From assembly GCA_028711705.1 (NCBI GenBank), contig JAQTRS010000001.1, forward strand, positions 30,581-94,580: a stretch of 64,000 nucleotides of DNA. The letters are read 5' to 3'. Positions 9,437 to 19,047 of this stretch are shown here, one piece after another. The DNA comes from Candidatus Moraniibacteriota bacterium. Its GTDB lineage: Bacteria > Patescibacteriota > Minisyncoccia > Moranbacterales > UBA1568. The notes under the pieces are model-generated. The model worked only from the letters and a program-made list of their open reading frames with translations. It did not search any database and was not told where the DNA came from. Positions within the stretch are counted from its first letter, which is position 1; every line of letters starts with the position of its first letter. A program made the position numbers and the translations under genes.

Positions 9437-10426
9437 ATGATTTTTATGAATGAAAATAGAGAATTTATAGGATATCTTAAGTATTCTGGAAAGTCTGTAG
9501 AGGGTGGATTTTTGGATGCTAGAAAATCTGCAGAAGCTCTACTTGGTTTTGATGAGGTGTTGCGATATTTTATTTCAGTAGGAAATCCAGATTTTAGAAA
9601 TGTTAATTATGAAATACCGGTAAGGGTTAAGAAGGGGTCATGGGGTATTTGGATTCCAATTGGAATAGCTCTCACTCAGTATTTAAACACGATTGCAAAA
9701 AAAGCTGGATCAGATGGTTTTTTTGAGACAGGACCATCAAAGGATATAGAGAAGATGTTTCGAGGTGCAGTTATTGCTGCACAATGGGTAATGAGAATTG
9801 GGATACATGTTGGCGACTTTGCAAAGAAAGAATTCGAGAAAACCGTGAGGATAAAACAAGTAGGTGATGATATAATTATTGGTGTACCAAATGCTGAAGG
9901 TAAAATATTGGATGTGCCAAAAAAATACTTTGATATATATGTTAAATGTCCCGAGAAGCTTTTTTCAAAGAATGCAAACCTTATAGAACAAGATCGGTAT
10001 TTAGAGATGGGCGTGTTTCAAAATAGTGAGGAAGAAAAGGTCCTCGTAACTGAAAAAGAGAAGAATATTTTTTATAAAAAAGATGATTCTGATAAGGATA
10101 TTTTGTTCCCGGAATTAGAACATGGTCAATTTGTTGAATTAGATGGCGAAATTACTAGAGCAACAGAGAGTACAAATACAATTGGATTTAGGTATAAAGA
10201 TCATACCTTGGTTTGTACTCCAGATAAAGATATAGCGATAGCGATATTCAAAAATAAAATGATTTCACAACAAAAGGAACATTTATTCCCCAGAGTAAAA
10301 ATTCGAGGCATTGTATCTAGAGTAGATAAAGATGGTTTCTTTAAAGAGAGAAGGCCCCAAATCATATTTTATGATATTGAATCGTTGGAGGTGGAAGCAA
10401 ATAATCGAAAGATGACACTTTTTTAA
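9437..10426 (+). CDS. Hypothetical protein
   Basis: 329-aa ORF ending 9 bp before hsdR; AT-rich like the island. Confidence 0.75.
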   Translation: MIFMNENREFIGYLKYSGKSVEGGFLDARKSAEALLGFDEVLRYFISVGNPDFRNVNYEIPVRVKKGSWGIWIPIGIALTQYLNTIAKKAGSDGFFETGPSKDIEKMFRGAVIAAQWVMRIGIHVGDFAKKEFEKTVRIKQVGDDIIIGVPNAEGKILDVPKKYFDIYVKCPEKLFSKNANLIEQDRYLEMGVFQNSEEEKVLVTEKEKNIFYKKDDSDKDILFPELEHGQFVELDGEITRATESTNTIGFRYKDHTLVCTPDKDIAIAIFKNKMISQQKEHLFPRVKIRGIVSRVDKDGFFKERRPQIIFYDIESLEVEANNRKMTLF

Positions 10427-10435
10427 AGTTAAATT

Positions 10436-13400
10436 ATGACCAAAATATTTGAATCAACCATTGAGGAATTTGTAATCGAACTCTTGCAGAATCAAGGGTT
10501 TGAGTATCTATCACCCGAGGATCAAGAGAATGAACGGCCTGATCTGGGTGAAGTGGTATTGAAAGATCGTTTGAAGCGTGCCATCGATGCTATCAATTCG
10601 GGAATTCCGGAGGAAGCCAAGGAACAGGCTTTGAAGTTAGCTCTGAATCTTCCAAGTCAGAATTTGATGGATAATAATGAGATTTTCCATCGGATGCTTA
10701 CGGAAGGAATCGAGGTGGAAGTGATGGGTGTAGATGGTGTGAAAGGTGAGAAGGTTTGGCTTATAGATTTCTTGCATCCTGAGAATAATGAATTCCTTGT
10801 TTGTAATCAGTATACGGTTATTGAAAATGGAGTGAATAAAAGGCCGGATGTTGTGGTATTGGTGAATGGCTTGCCTTTGGTGGTGATAGAACTCAAGAAT
10901 CCTGCAGATGAAAATGCAACAGTGCAAAAAGCATTTACGCAGCTGCAGAATTACAAGAATGCTATTCCGAGCTTGTTTGGATATAATGCGCTTCTGGTGG
11001 CGTCGGACGGATTGGATGCGAAGGTCGGGACGATTTCTTCGGATATGTCGCGTTTTTTGGCGTGGAAGTCTCGTGATGGAGTGAAGGAGGATAGTGTAAC
11101 TGTTCCGCAAATTGAAACATTGGTGCGGGGTATGCTTGCTCAAGAAGTCTTGCTTGATTTGGTCAGGAATTTTATTGTCTTTGAGAAAGATAAAAAAGAA
11201 GATCCGGAAACGGGAATGATTTCAATAGTTACTATTAAGAAAATTGCAGCGTATCATCAATACTATGCAGTCAATAAAGCGATCACCTCGACAATGACTG
11301 CCTCGAGTGAAGAGGGGAATAGAAAAGCTGGTGTGGTATGGCATACGCAAGGATCCGGAAAATCGCTTTCGATGGTTTTCTATACTGGGAAAGTAGTATT
11401 GTCATTGAACAATCCTACGGTGGTAGTGATTACGGATCGAAATGATTTGGATGAGCAATTGTTTGATACATTTGCGAGTTGCGGACAGTTATTGCGACAA
11501 GATCCTGTGCAGGCAAAGAGTCGTGGTGAACTCAAAGATCTTTTGAGGGTTGCTGGCGGAGGGATTGTGTTTACGACGATTCAGAAGTTTTTTCCCGAGG
11601 ATGGATCGGCGGATTTTGATATGCTCTCGGAACGAAAAAATATTATCGTGGTTGCTGATGAAGCGCATCGTAGCCAATATGGATTTGGAGCAAAGACTCG
11701 TGAAAAAGATGGTGAAGTATCTACGAAATATGGATTTGCGAAGTATTTGCGCGACGCTTTGCCTCATGCGTCGTTTATAGGGTTTACGGGGACGCCGATT
11801 GAAAAGGAGGATGCTTCGACACCGGCAGTGTTTGGAAATTATGTGGATGTGTATGATATCGCGCAAGCGGTAGAGGATGGCGCGACGGTGCGCATATACT
11901 ATGAATCACGACTTGCTAAAGTGCATCTTGATGATGAGGAGAAGGCGCGATTGGATGAGGAGGTTTCTTCTATTACAGAAGGGGAAGAAAGTACGGCTGC
12001 CGAAAGAGCGAAAGCGAAGTGGGCACAGCTTGAAGCTATTGTCGGTCATCGGGATCGGTTGAAGGTTATCGCTTCGGATATCGTAGATCATTTTGAAAAG
12101 CGACAAGCAGTGATGGAGGGAAAAGGGATGATCGTTTGTATGAGTCGAAGAATTGCTGTTGAGCTTTATGAAGAGATTGTAAAGATTCGTCCGGATTGGC
12201 ATGATAGTGATTTGAAGAAAGGTGCGATAAAAGTAGTGATGACTTCGTCTTCTTCGGATCCTGAGAATTGGCAACCACATCATACAAGTAAGCAGGCACG
12301 TAAAGCGCTTGGTGATCGACTTAAGGATACGAATGATACTTTGAAGTTGGTGATCGTGCGGGATATGTGGCTTACGGGGTTTGATGCGCCGTGTTTGCAT
12401 ACGATGTATGTCGACAAGCCAATGCGTGGACATAATCTTATGCAGGCGATTGCCCGGGTGAATCGGGTGTTTAAGGATAAGTCTGGTGGTTTGATCGTGG
12501 ATTATATCGGTATTGCCTCAGATCTGAAGTCTGCTCTCGCAACATATACTGCAAGCGGTGGAAAAGGTGCGCCAACACTTGACCAGGAAGAAGCAGTCGC
12601 CGCTTTGCTTGAGAAGTTTGAAATCGTCGAGCAGATGTTCCATGGCTTTGATTATAGGCGATTCTTTTCTGTGGATACGAGAGAGAAATTGACATTAATT
12701 CTTGAAGCTCAGGAGTATGTATTTGGTTTGGATGATGGAAAGAATCGATTTACACGTCAGGTAGGATTGCTCTCGCAAGCCTTTGCTCTGTCGGTGCCGA
12801 ATCTGAAAGCTATGGCAATAAAAGATGAGGTAGGATTTTTTCAGGCAGTGAAGGCTCGTCTGACAAAATTTGAATCAATCGGAACAGGAAAATCGGATCT
12901 TGAAATTGAGACGGCTATTCGACAAATAGTTGATCGTGCTGTGGTATCGGAAGGCGTGATTGATGTGTTTGATGCTGCAGGAATTAAGAAACCGGATATT
13001 TCTATATTGTCGGATGAATTTTTGGAAGAGGTAAAGCATATGGAGCGGAAGAATCTTGCACTGGAGCTTTTGAAAAAGTTGTTGAATGATGAGATCAAGA
13101 TGCGGACGAGAAAGAATTTCATCCAGAGTAGGAAATTGTCCGAGATGCTTGAAAATGCTATCAAGAAATACCAGAACAATCTTTTGACAACAGCGCAGGT
13201 AATTGAAGAATTGATTGGATTGGCAAAGGAAATTCGTGAAGGTGATAAACGAGGAGAAGAACTTGATTTGAGTGAGGACGAGTTAGCGTTCTATGATGCT
13301 TTGGCAAATAATGACAGCGCCCGTGGTATTTTGGGAGACAAACAATTAGCAGTAATTGCAGTTGAGGTTTTCCGAAGCGTGAAAGGTAATGCAACAATAG

Positions 13401-13552
13401 ACTGGAACCTCAAAGAAACAGTACGTGCTCGATTACGTCGGGATGTGAAACGTATTCTTAATCGATATGGGTATCCACCAGATGAACAGTTAGTTGCGAC
13501 AGAGAATGTCTTGAAACAGGCTGAGTTGATGGCGAGTGAATTAGGGGAGTAA
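10436..13552 (+). CDS. hsdR: Type I restriction endonuclease R subunit
   Basis: RPDVV...VIELKNP nuclease motif, [35 protein letters not shown]. Confidence 0.97.
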   Translation: MTKIFESTIEEFVIELLQNQGFEYLSPEDQENERPDLGEVVLKDRLKRAIDAINSGIPEEAKEQALKLALNLPSQNLMDNNEIFHRMLTEGIEVEVMGVDGVKGEKVWLIDFLHPENNEFLVCNQYTVIENGVNKRPDVVVLVNGLPLVVIELKNPADENATVQKAFTQLQNYKNAIPSLFGYNALLVASDGLDAKVGTISSDMSRFLAWKSRDGVKEDSVTVPQIETLVRGMLAQEVLLDLVRNFIVFEKDKKEDPETGMISIVTIKKIAAYHQYYAVNKAITSTMTASSEEGNRKAGVVWHTQGSGKSLSMVFYTGKVVLSLNNPTVVVITDRNDLDEQLFDTFASCGQLLRQDPVQAKSRGELKDLLRVAGGGIVFTTIQKFFPEDGSADFDMLSERKNIIVVADEAHRSQYGFGAKTREKDGEVSTKYGFAKYLRDALPHASFIGFTGTPIEKEDASTPAVFGNYVDVYDIAQAVEDGATVRIYYESRLAKVHLDDEEKARLDEEVSSITEGEESTAAERAKAKWAQLEAIVGHRDRLKVIASDIVDHFEKRQAVMEGKGMIVCMSRRIAVELYEEIVKIRPDWHDSDLKKGAIKVVMTSSSSDPENWQPHHTSKQARKALGDRLKDTNDTLKLVIVRDMWLTGFDAPCLHTMYVDKPMRGHNLMQAIARVNRVFKDKSGGLIVDYIGIASDLKSALATYTASGGKGAPTLDQEEAVAALLEKFEIVEQMFHGFDYRRFFSVDTREKLTLILEAQEYVFGLDDGKNRFTRQVGLLSQAFALSVPNLKAMAIKDEVGFFQAVKARLTKFESIGTGKSDLEIETAIRQIVDRAVVSEGVIDVFDAAGIKKPDISILSDEFLEEVKHMERKNLALELLKKLLNDEIKMRTRKNFIQSRKLSEMLENAIKKYQNNLLTTAQVIEELIGLAKEIREGDKRGEELDLSEDELAFYDALANNDSARGILGDKQLAVIAVEVFRSVKGNATIDWNLKETVRARLRRDVKRILNRYGYPPDEQLVATENVLKQAELMASELGE

Positions 13553-13859
13553 TTTTTTAAAATATAGGAAGATTAAAATAATGCGTACTTGATAAGGATG
13601 AATGATTTGAATGAAAATGCGTAGAAGCTATATATTCACGCCACAATACCCGTATAACCCTATCAAAACGATTGCAGAAATAAACCCCCTGAAACCCGTT
13701 GACTTTCCCTTGCAGGCATGCTTCAATAGACGTGTTGTTTGCGTCGCGGTTTTTGCGGATCCAGGTCTTGCAGAGACGGGCAACAACCCATCGGCGCCCC
13801 ATAGGTGATGGGGTTCAAAGAATGATTCAGGTGGCTTTTGAATGGCGAGGAGTAGGAAG

Positions 13860-14174
13860 ATGAATAGGCTCGAAGTGGGTAGGGTGATTTCCTTTGATTC
13901 GGCAAAAGGAAAAAGATTCGGGTATCTCCAGCTGGAGAATGGGGAGAAAATGTGGTTTCATGAGGGTGATCACACCGCTCTTGTGACGGTAGATAAAGGG
14001 AGGCATCGTTTTGTGAAGCGGGTCGTCTGCCCGAAACCGATACGGCAGGGGGATGAAATCTGGTTTGTTCGAGGTTTCGGAAGCTCGGGCAAGGAAAGGG
14101 CGAGGTGTTGGTGTTACAGGAAGCGATCCAGACATACGGATTGCCGAACAAGACAAAAACCTACCGTCCATTGA
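13860..14174 (+). CDS. Cold-shock-domain-like OB-fold protein
   Basis: GRVISFDSAKGKRFGYL..ENGEKMWFH resembles RNP1/RNP2 of CSD; SD GAGGAG upstream. Confidence 0.55.
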   Translation: MNRLEVGRVISFDSAKGKRFGYLQLENGEKMWFHEGDHTALVTVDKGRHRFVKRVVCPKPIRQGDEIWFVRGFGSSGKERARCWCYRKRSRHTDCRTRQKPTVH

Positions 14175-14319
14175 AGAATATACGGCATGATTGGGAATAA
14201 CATTTTCCCATAGCCAAACAAGGTTTGCCAAGCATGCGTGCGTGGCAGACCTTTTGATTTTTATGAGGCAATCGATAATCCGTATGGCGAAGTTAGTTTT
14301 GAGCTGATATACTGTGAGT

Positions 14320-15024
14320 ATGAGGCTTACGTTAAAAGAACAACGTGTCGCTGATGAAGCGAGGCAGTGGGTTAGATCTCATCAGTTGAATATTATCGAT
14401 CATTTCGTCGGAAGTGTCGAGCCGGTGGAATTTCCCGTATCGATTTTTATGGCAGGGTCTCCTGGCGCTGGAAAAACGGAATTTTCGAAACGATTGATCA
14501 AAAGGTTGGGCGGGAATATCGTACGTATCGATGCGGATGATATCCGAGATATGCTGCCGCAGTATCAGGGAAAGAATTCCTATGTTGTCCATGGTGCCGC
14601 AGCTCTTGGCGTTGAGAAAGTGTACGATTTCGTATTGAAAAAGCGATTACACGCCCTGCTCGATGGAACATTTCAAAAATATGAAAAAGCTACCGATAAT
14701 ATACGCCGTTCTCTGAAGTATGAGAGGAGTATCGATATCTTCTACGTGTATCAGGATCCTTTGGTCGCATGGGATTTTACGCAGAAGCGTGAGGTGGTTG
14801 AAGGCAGGAATATTTTGAAAGGAGTGTTCGTTGATGCATTTTTCGCTTCTTATGAGAATGTGAAAAGGGTAAAATTGGAATATGACGAGGCAGTGCGTCT
14901 CAATGTGGTGTTCAAGGATATTTCGAATCACGATGAAGAGATATGGTATAATGTAGATATCGATCAGATTGACTCGTATGTAAAAATAGGGTACACTCGC
15001 ACAGAACTAGAAAAACGCTTATGA
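14320..15024 (+). CDS. Zeta-toxin family P-loop kinase
   Basis: FMAGSPGAGKTE, RIDADDIR, LLDGTF, FTQKRE..EGRNI. Confidence 0.8.
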   Translation: MRLTLKEQRVADEARQWVRSHQLNIIDHFVGSVEPVEFPVSIFMAGSPGAGKTEFSKRLIKRLGGNIVRIDADDIRDMLPQYQGKNSYVVHGAAALGVEKVYDFVLKKRLHALLDGTFQKYEKATDNIRRSLKYERSIDIFYVYQDPLVAWDFTQKREVVEGRNILKGVFVDAFFASYENVKRVKLEYDEAVRLNVVFKDISNHDEEIWYNVDIDQIDSYVKIGYTRTELEKRL

Positions 15025-15209
15025 GAAGCATTTTGAATATTTTCAAGAAGAAAGAACAGAAAGTCGATCGGGTATCGGAGTTTTTTCGACATACTTCGAA
15101 AGAGGAAAAGGTGCGGGTGCTGCGCGAGGTAGCCAAAGAGGCGAGCGATGATCAACGCAGGCTTTTGCGGGAGTATGATAAAAGGCTTGGAACGATGCGC
15201 GCCCGATAA
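15021..15209 (+). CDS. Small helical protein, putative partner of the zeta-family protein
   Basis: ATGA overlap with the upstream stop; 62 aa, SEFFRHTSKEEK. Confidence 0.6.
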   Translation: MRSILNIFKKKEQKVDRVSEFFRHTSKEEKVRVLREVAKEASDDQRRLLREYDKRLGTMRAR

Positions 15210-15356
15210 GGTTTGTTTCGAGCGAAAAGATGCTTGGGATAGCGATTATGGCATAATGAAACGCCATATGACTGTGTTTTATGTGCTTTTCATTGACAAT
15301 CGGCGCAAAAAAGGATAAGATAAGTCTATTACTAAATTTTTGAGGAAAAAACCGTT

Positions 15357-15668
15357 ATGTTGGCTATTATTAAGACTGGTGGAAAGCAATACAAGGTTGC
15401 TGAAGGGGATATCTTGAAGGTTGAGAAATTGGAAGGCGAAGTCGGGGAGACGCTGACTTTTTCCGAAGTGCTTTTCACGGGCGATGACAAGGCTGTGGCT
15501 GTCGGGATGCCTCTTTTGGACGGCGTGACCGTTGAATCCAAGATTCTCAAGCAGGATCGCTCGAAGAAGGTGTGGGGCATCAAGCACAAGCCGAAGAAGC
15601 GCGAAAAGACCAAGTTCGGTCATCGCCAGCCGTATACCGAAGTCGAAATCACCAAGATCAACGCGTAA
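15357..15668 (+). CDS. rplU: 50S ribosomal protein L21
   Basis: MLAIIKTGGKQYKV...GHRQPYTEVEITKI. Confidence 0.98.
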   Translation: MLAIIKTGGKQYKVAEGDILKVEKLEGEVGETLTFSEVLFTGDDKAVAVGMPLLDGVTVESKILKQDRSKKVWGIKHKPKKREKTKFGHRQPYTEVEITKINA

Positions 15669-15686
15669 TCGTTGGGATGGGACTTG

Positions 15687-15716
15687 AAAAAAACAGGGCA
15701 AGTGCCCTGTTTTTTT
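15687..15716. terminator. Bidirectional intrinsic terminator
   Basis: AAAAAAACAGGGC-AAGT-GCCCTGTTTTTTT. Confidence 0.8.
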
Positions 15717-15820
15717 GCGGCCGCAATTGACCGGAAGCGGTTTGTGTGCGATGCTTGGCAGCGTAGGGGCGCACCGTTTCGGTTGCGCGAAGGAAAGTTC
15801 TTTGTATGGGGGTAGGTGTG

Positions 15821-16465
15821 ATGAAAGGAAAAGTGGTGGCATTGGTGCCGGTGAAAGAGGGGAAGCTGTGGGCGGAGATGTTTGAGAATCCGGAGCAGCT
15901 GACGGTGGAAGATATTTTGGGGGTGACTTTCGATCAGAATAGGGATCTGGGCCACCTGCTGAGTTATCTGGATTTCAAGCCGGAGTTCTCCGGAATCCTA
16001 AGAGAGGTGGTTGAGGAATTCCTTGAAACGATGGTGAGGGACCTGTTGCCGGAAGCGATACTCTCGAGCGCATCGTTTGCACGATTGATGTCGGGAGATA
16101 TACGGAGGCTGTATGATCATGATGGCGGGGAGATTGTCCGTGACAGTCTGTATAGGTTTTTCAAAAGACTTGATGATGCCGGTACCGATATCGGCAAGCA
16201 GCCGGCATGCATGGACGACTGCCCATTTCTGGAGTTTGCGATAGTCGCGCATATAGAGTTCGGTCTGGAGGCGTATTCCGAAGCGTTCGGCGCAGGCTGT
16301 CTGGCTCTCAATGAGAATGATGTCGCGTCTTTTCCGCCTGATTCGGGTGAGAATGACCAAAAGCAGCTCGCCTCTCTTATATGCATAATGATGAGCGCTA
16401 CCGAGATCTTGCTCAAGAAGGCGGTCGATATGAAAAAGAAAGCTTCCGAAGCCTTCCCAGTGTAG
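15821..16465 (+). CDS. Orphan paralogue 1 of tandem family
   Basis: MFENPEQLT...FKPEFSGILREVVEEFLE...LPEAILSS..FA..MSG; shared leader and terminator. Confidence 0.85.
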   Translation: MKGKVVALVPVKEGKLWAEMFENPEQLTVEDILGVTFDQNRDLGHLLSYLDFKPEFSGILREVVEEFLETMVRDLLPEAILSSASFARLMSGDIRRLYDHDGGEIVRDSLYRFFKRLDDAGTDIGKQPACMDDCPFLEFAIVAHIEFGLEAYSEAFGAGCLALNENDVASFPPDSGENDQKQLASLICIMMSATEILLKKAVDMKKKASEAFPV

Positions 16466-16482
16466 TTGAAATGGCTGAAATA

Positions 16483-16521
16483 GCGGCTGGCAATCGAAAC
16501 GATTGCCAGCCCATTTTTTTT
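16483..16521 (+). terminator. Intrinsic terminator after paralogue 1
   Basis: GGCTGGCAATCG-AAA-CGATTGCCAGCC followed by a T-run. Confidence 0.8.
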
Positions 16522-16624
16522 GCCCGATTGACAGGGAGCGGTTTTTGTGCGATGCTGATCAGGCGCGTGGCGCGCGAGCCTTTCTGGCCGCGCATAAGTT
16601 GGTTCTTTTTATGAGGTAGGTGTG

Positions 16625-17257
16625 ATGGTGAAAGTAGTTGCGTTGATACCGGTAGACGATGGTAAACGTTGGGCGGAGATGTTTCAAAATCCGAAGGACT
16701 TGACGGTGGATGATGTTTTGGACGTAACCGTGAAAAAAGGCTTGGATATAGATAGGCTGATATGGTATCTGAGTTTTAGGCCGGAACATTCCGGAATCTT
16801 GAAAGAGGTGACGGAAGAGTTTCTTGAAAGGGTGGCCAAGGAATATTTGCCGGAAGCGATAGTCTTGAGCGATCTGTTTGCGCAGGTGCTGTCCGGAGAG
16901 GCGGCGAAGGCGTATACGGACATCGATGCGGCCAATGCCTGGGATCGCCTCTATGAATCCCTTGAGGATATCGAAAAGCCGGATTTTGAGCAGTTGGTTT
17001 CGCCTCAGGCCTACGCTTTGCGGGAAAATGCGATCATTTCCTATACGAGTTTCGGTCTGGAGAAATATGAATGGGCGCTCGATGTGGCCAGATATATTTT
17101 CAGTGAAAAGAGCATACCTTTTTTCGCGGAGGAAGTTGAAGCGAGGAATCCGGAGGCGAGCCTTTCTGCGGTAGAGGCGACAAGAATCGTTGCCGAGATA
17201 CTCCTGCAAAAATCGATCGCAAGAACGGTAGGAGGGGGTGAAACCTTTTCCGCTTAG
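16625..17257 (+). CDS. Orphan paralogue 2 of tandem family
   Basis: MFQNPKDLT...FRPEHSGILKEVTEEFLE...LPEAIVLSDLFAQVLSG. Confidence 0.85.
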   Translation: MVKVVALIPVDDGKRWAEMFQNPKDLTVDDVLDVTVKKGLDIDRLIWYLSFRPEHSGILKEVTEEFLERVAKEYLPEAIVLSDLFAQVLSGEAAKAYTDIDAANAWDRLYESLEDIEKPDFEQLVSPQAYALRENAIISYTSFGLEKYEWALDVARYIFSEKSIPFFAEEVEARNPEASLSAVEATRIVAEILLQKSIARTVGGGETFSA

Positions 17258-17269
17258 TTGAAATGAAGG

Positions 17270-17300
17270 ACTGGCAGCTGATAATCGCTGCCAGTTTTTT
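17270..17300 (+). terminator. Intrinsic terminator after paralogue 2
   Basis: ACTGGCAGC...GCTGCCAGT followed by a T-run. Confidence 0.75.
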
Positions 17301-17405
17301 ACATCCCTCGCCTTGACTTTTCATTGCTATTGCGTAATGCTGTATGGCGTAGGGGCGCACTTTCTGAGTCGCGCAGGAACAGTTCTTTGTATGGGGGTAA
17401 GTGTG

Positions 17406-18053
17406 ATGAAGCTATATGTGCTGGAAAGAAAAGAGCCGACGCCGGAAGATCGCAGGCAGTTTATGTTAGAATTGTTTCGGAATCCGGAGGAGCTGACGAT
17501 ACGGAGACTTTCTGATGCTTCCTTCCGATGGAATATCACTTTTGATCAGATATTTCTGTGGTTGGATGCCACCCCGGAGTTTTCCGGGATTCTGCGGGAG
17601 GCGACCACGGAGTTTTTGGAAACGGAAATCAAGGGGATGATACCGGAATCGATACTTTCGAGCGATCTGTTTTCGAGTGTGGTGTCGGGGGTTGCGAAGG
17701 AATTATATGAGGATGATGAGGAAGAGGCTGTTCGTGACAGTCTTGTCGAATCCTTTATGATATTCGATGTTTTCGGTGCCGATGGCCGGTCGTTATTGCT
17801 TGATGAATGTCCGCAGATAGGGACCGCGATTATCGCGTATGTAGAACTTTATCTGGGGAATTATATCGAAGCGATCGGCGCGGCCGGCTTTGCTCTCGGC
17901 GAGAGAGACGATCCTGATTTTTCGGATAATTTTGACAATGGCAAACAGGAGTCGATCGATCGCCTGAGGCGAATCATGGCGGGCTTCATTGAAATATTTT
18001 TGCAGAAAGCTATGGCGAGGCACAAGGGGGTTACGGGAGTTTTTTTCGCGTAA
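17406..18053 (+). CDS. Orphan paralogue 3 of tandem family
   Basis: LFRNPEELT...ATPEFSGILREATTEFLE...IPESILSSDLFSSVVSG. Confidence 0.85.
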   Translation: MKLYVLERKEPTPEDRRQFMLELFRNPEELTIRRLSDASFRWNITFDQIFLWLDATPEFSGILREATTEFLETEIKGMIPESILSSDLFSSVVSGVAKELYEDDEEEAVRDSLVESFMIFDVFGADGRSLLLDECPQIGTAIIAYVELYLGNYIEAIGAAGFALGERDDPDFSDNFDNGKQESIDRLRRIMAGFIEIFLQKAMARHKGVTGVFFA

Positions 18054-18073
18054 CCGAAGAAGTTGAAATGGTG

Positions 18074-18103
18074 GCTGGCAATCATAATGGTTGCCAGTTT
18101 TTT
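18074..18103 (+). terminator. Intrinsic terminator after paralogue 3
   Basis: GCTGGCAATCAT-A-ATGGTTGCCAGT followed by a T-run. Confidence 0.75.
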
Positions 18104-18207
18104 GCATCCCTCGCCTTGACTTTTCGGTATTTTTGTGCAATGCTTACGACATGGGGGCGCGCTTTTGAAGCTGCGTCGGGTTGGTTCCTTGATAAGGAGT
18201 GTGTGTG

Positions 18208-18924
18208 ATGTCGGATAAAACGATGAATGCGATGAAGCGAAAGGCTGCTCCATTGAAGTTAAGGGCGGTTGCGGCGAGGCTGAGGAATGTGAAGCATGCG
18301 AAGAGGCTGGCTGCGGCGATGGAAAGATTGATGGCATCCAATGATAAGATGGACAAATTGGATGGGCTGATATGGAGTTTGGATGGAATGTATCCCGGGT
18401 TTGTAAAGCGGCTGGTGAAGTCGCTTCTGGAAAACCATATACGGGGGTTGCTTCCTGAAAAGATAGCCACGCACACCGACTTCGAGAGGATATTCTCGGG
18501 CGAGCGGTATTGCTTCGGGACCGAACCGGGCCAGATGCTGAAATACGACCTGCTGCAATGCCGGCAGCGTCGGATTATCCCGTTCGATGGGTTCATGCTG
18601 AGGTGTTATAACTGGGCCTATGAGCGGCCGACGCATGGCTATGTCAAAAAGGCGATGGCCGCGTATCTTCACTTTTGGTATCATGCGCATGTTCAGGCGC
18701 TTGCTGCCGCCAGGAATGCCCTGATGGACAGACGCGTTGCCGCATTCGATTATACGATGGATTGCCTTCGTGCTCGGGCCGCTTCCCCGGAGGATATTGC
18801 GGAGTTGGCGGCGGCCGCCGACGAGGCGAATGCGCTCGTTGCGGCGCTCGTACATGAGATGAAAAAGAAAATGGTGCAGGAAAAGCTGGTGAAAATAGCA
18901 CAAAATCATGCGGAACTCGCATGA
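18208..18924 (+). CDS. Divergent orphan paralogue 4 of tandem family
   Basis: LIWSLDGMYPGFVKRLVKSLLENHIRGLLPEKIATHTDFERIFSG aligns by eye with the family core; same promoter/leader layout. Confidence 0.7.
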   Translation: MSDKTMNAMKRKAAPLKLRAVAARLRNVKHAKRLAAAMERLMASNDKMDKLDGLIWSLDGMYPGFVKRLVKSLLENHIRGLLPEKIATHTDFERIFSGERYCFGTEPGQMLKYDLLQCRQRRIIPFDGFMLRCYNWAYERPTHGYVKKAMAAYLHFWYHAHVQALAAARNALMDRRVAAFDYTMDCLRARAASPEDIAELAAAADEANALVAALVHEMKKKMVQEKLVKIAQNHAELA

Positions 18925-18931
18925 AAAGCGG

Positions 18932-18971
18932 CGGACTGATCAATCGTATCGATTGACAGTCCGTTTTTCTT
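18932..18971 (+). terminator. Intrinsic terminator after paralogue 4
   Basis: GCGGACTG(A)TCAATCG-TAT-CGATTGACAGTCCGT followed by a T-run. Confidence 0.75.
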
Positions 18972-19047
18972 TATCCGACCGCGCTTTGTCATTTGGGGGG
19001 CGGCACGGTATAATGGGGGTAATGAACCATATATAAACTACATCTCT

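Larger units (their letters stand above)
1658..13552 (+). mobile_element. AT-rich defence island (type I R-M with embedded cargo); no integrase seen
   Basis: Visibly lower GC than flanking core genes; single co-oriented gene block. Confidence 0.55.

Noticed and set aside
1494-13700. Integrative element or prophage boundaries around the R-M island
   Set aside because: No integrase, transposase, tRNA or flanking direct repeat recognised.
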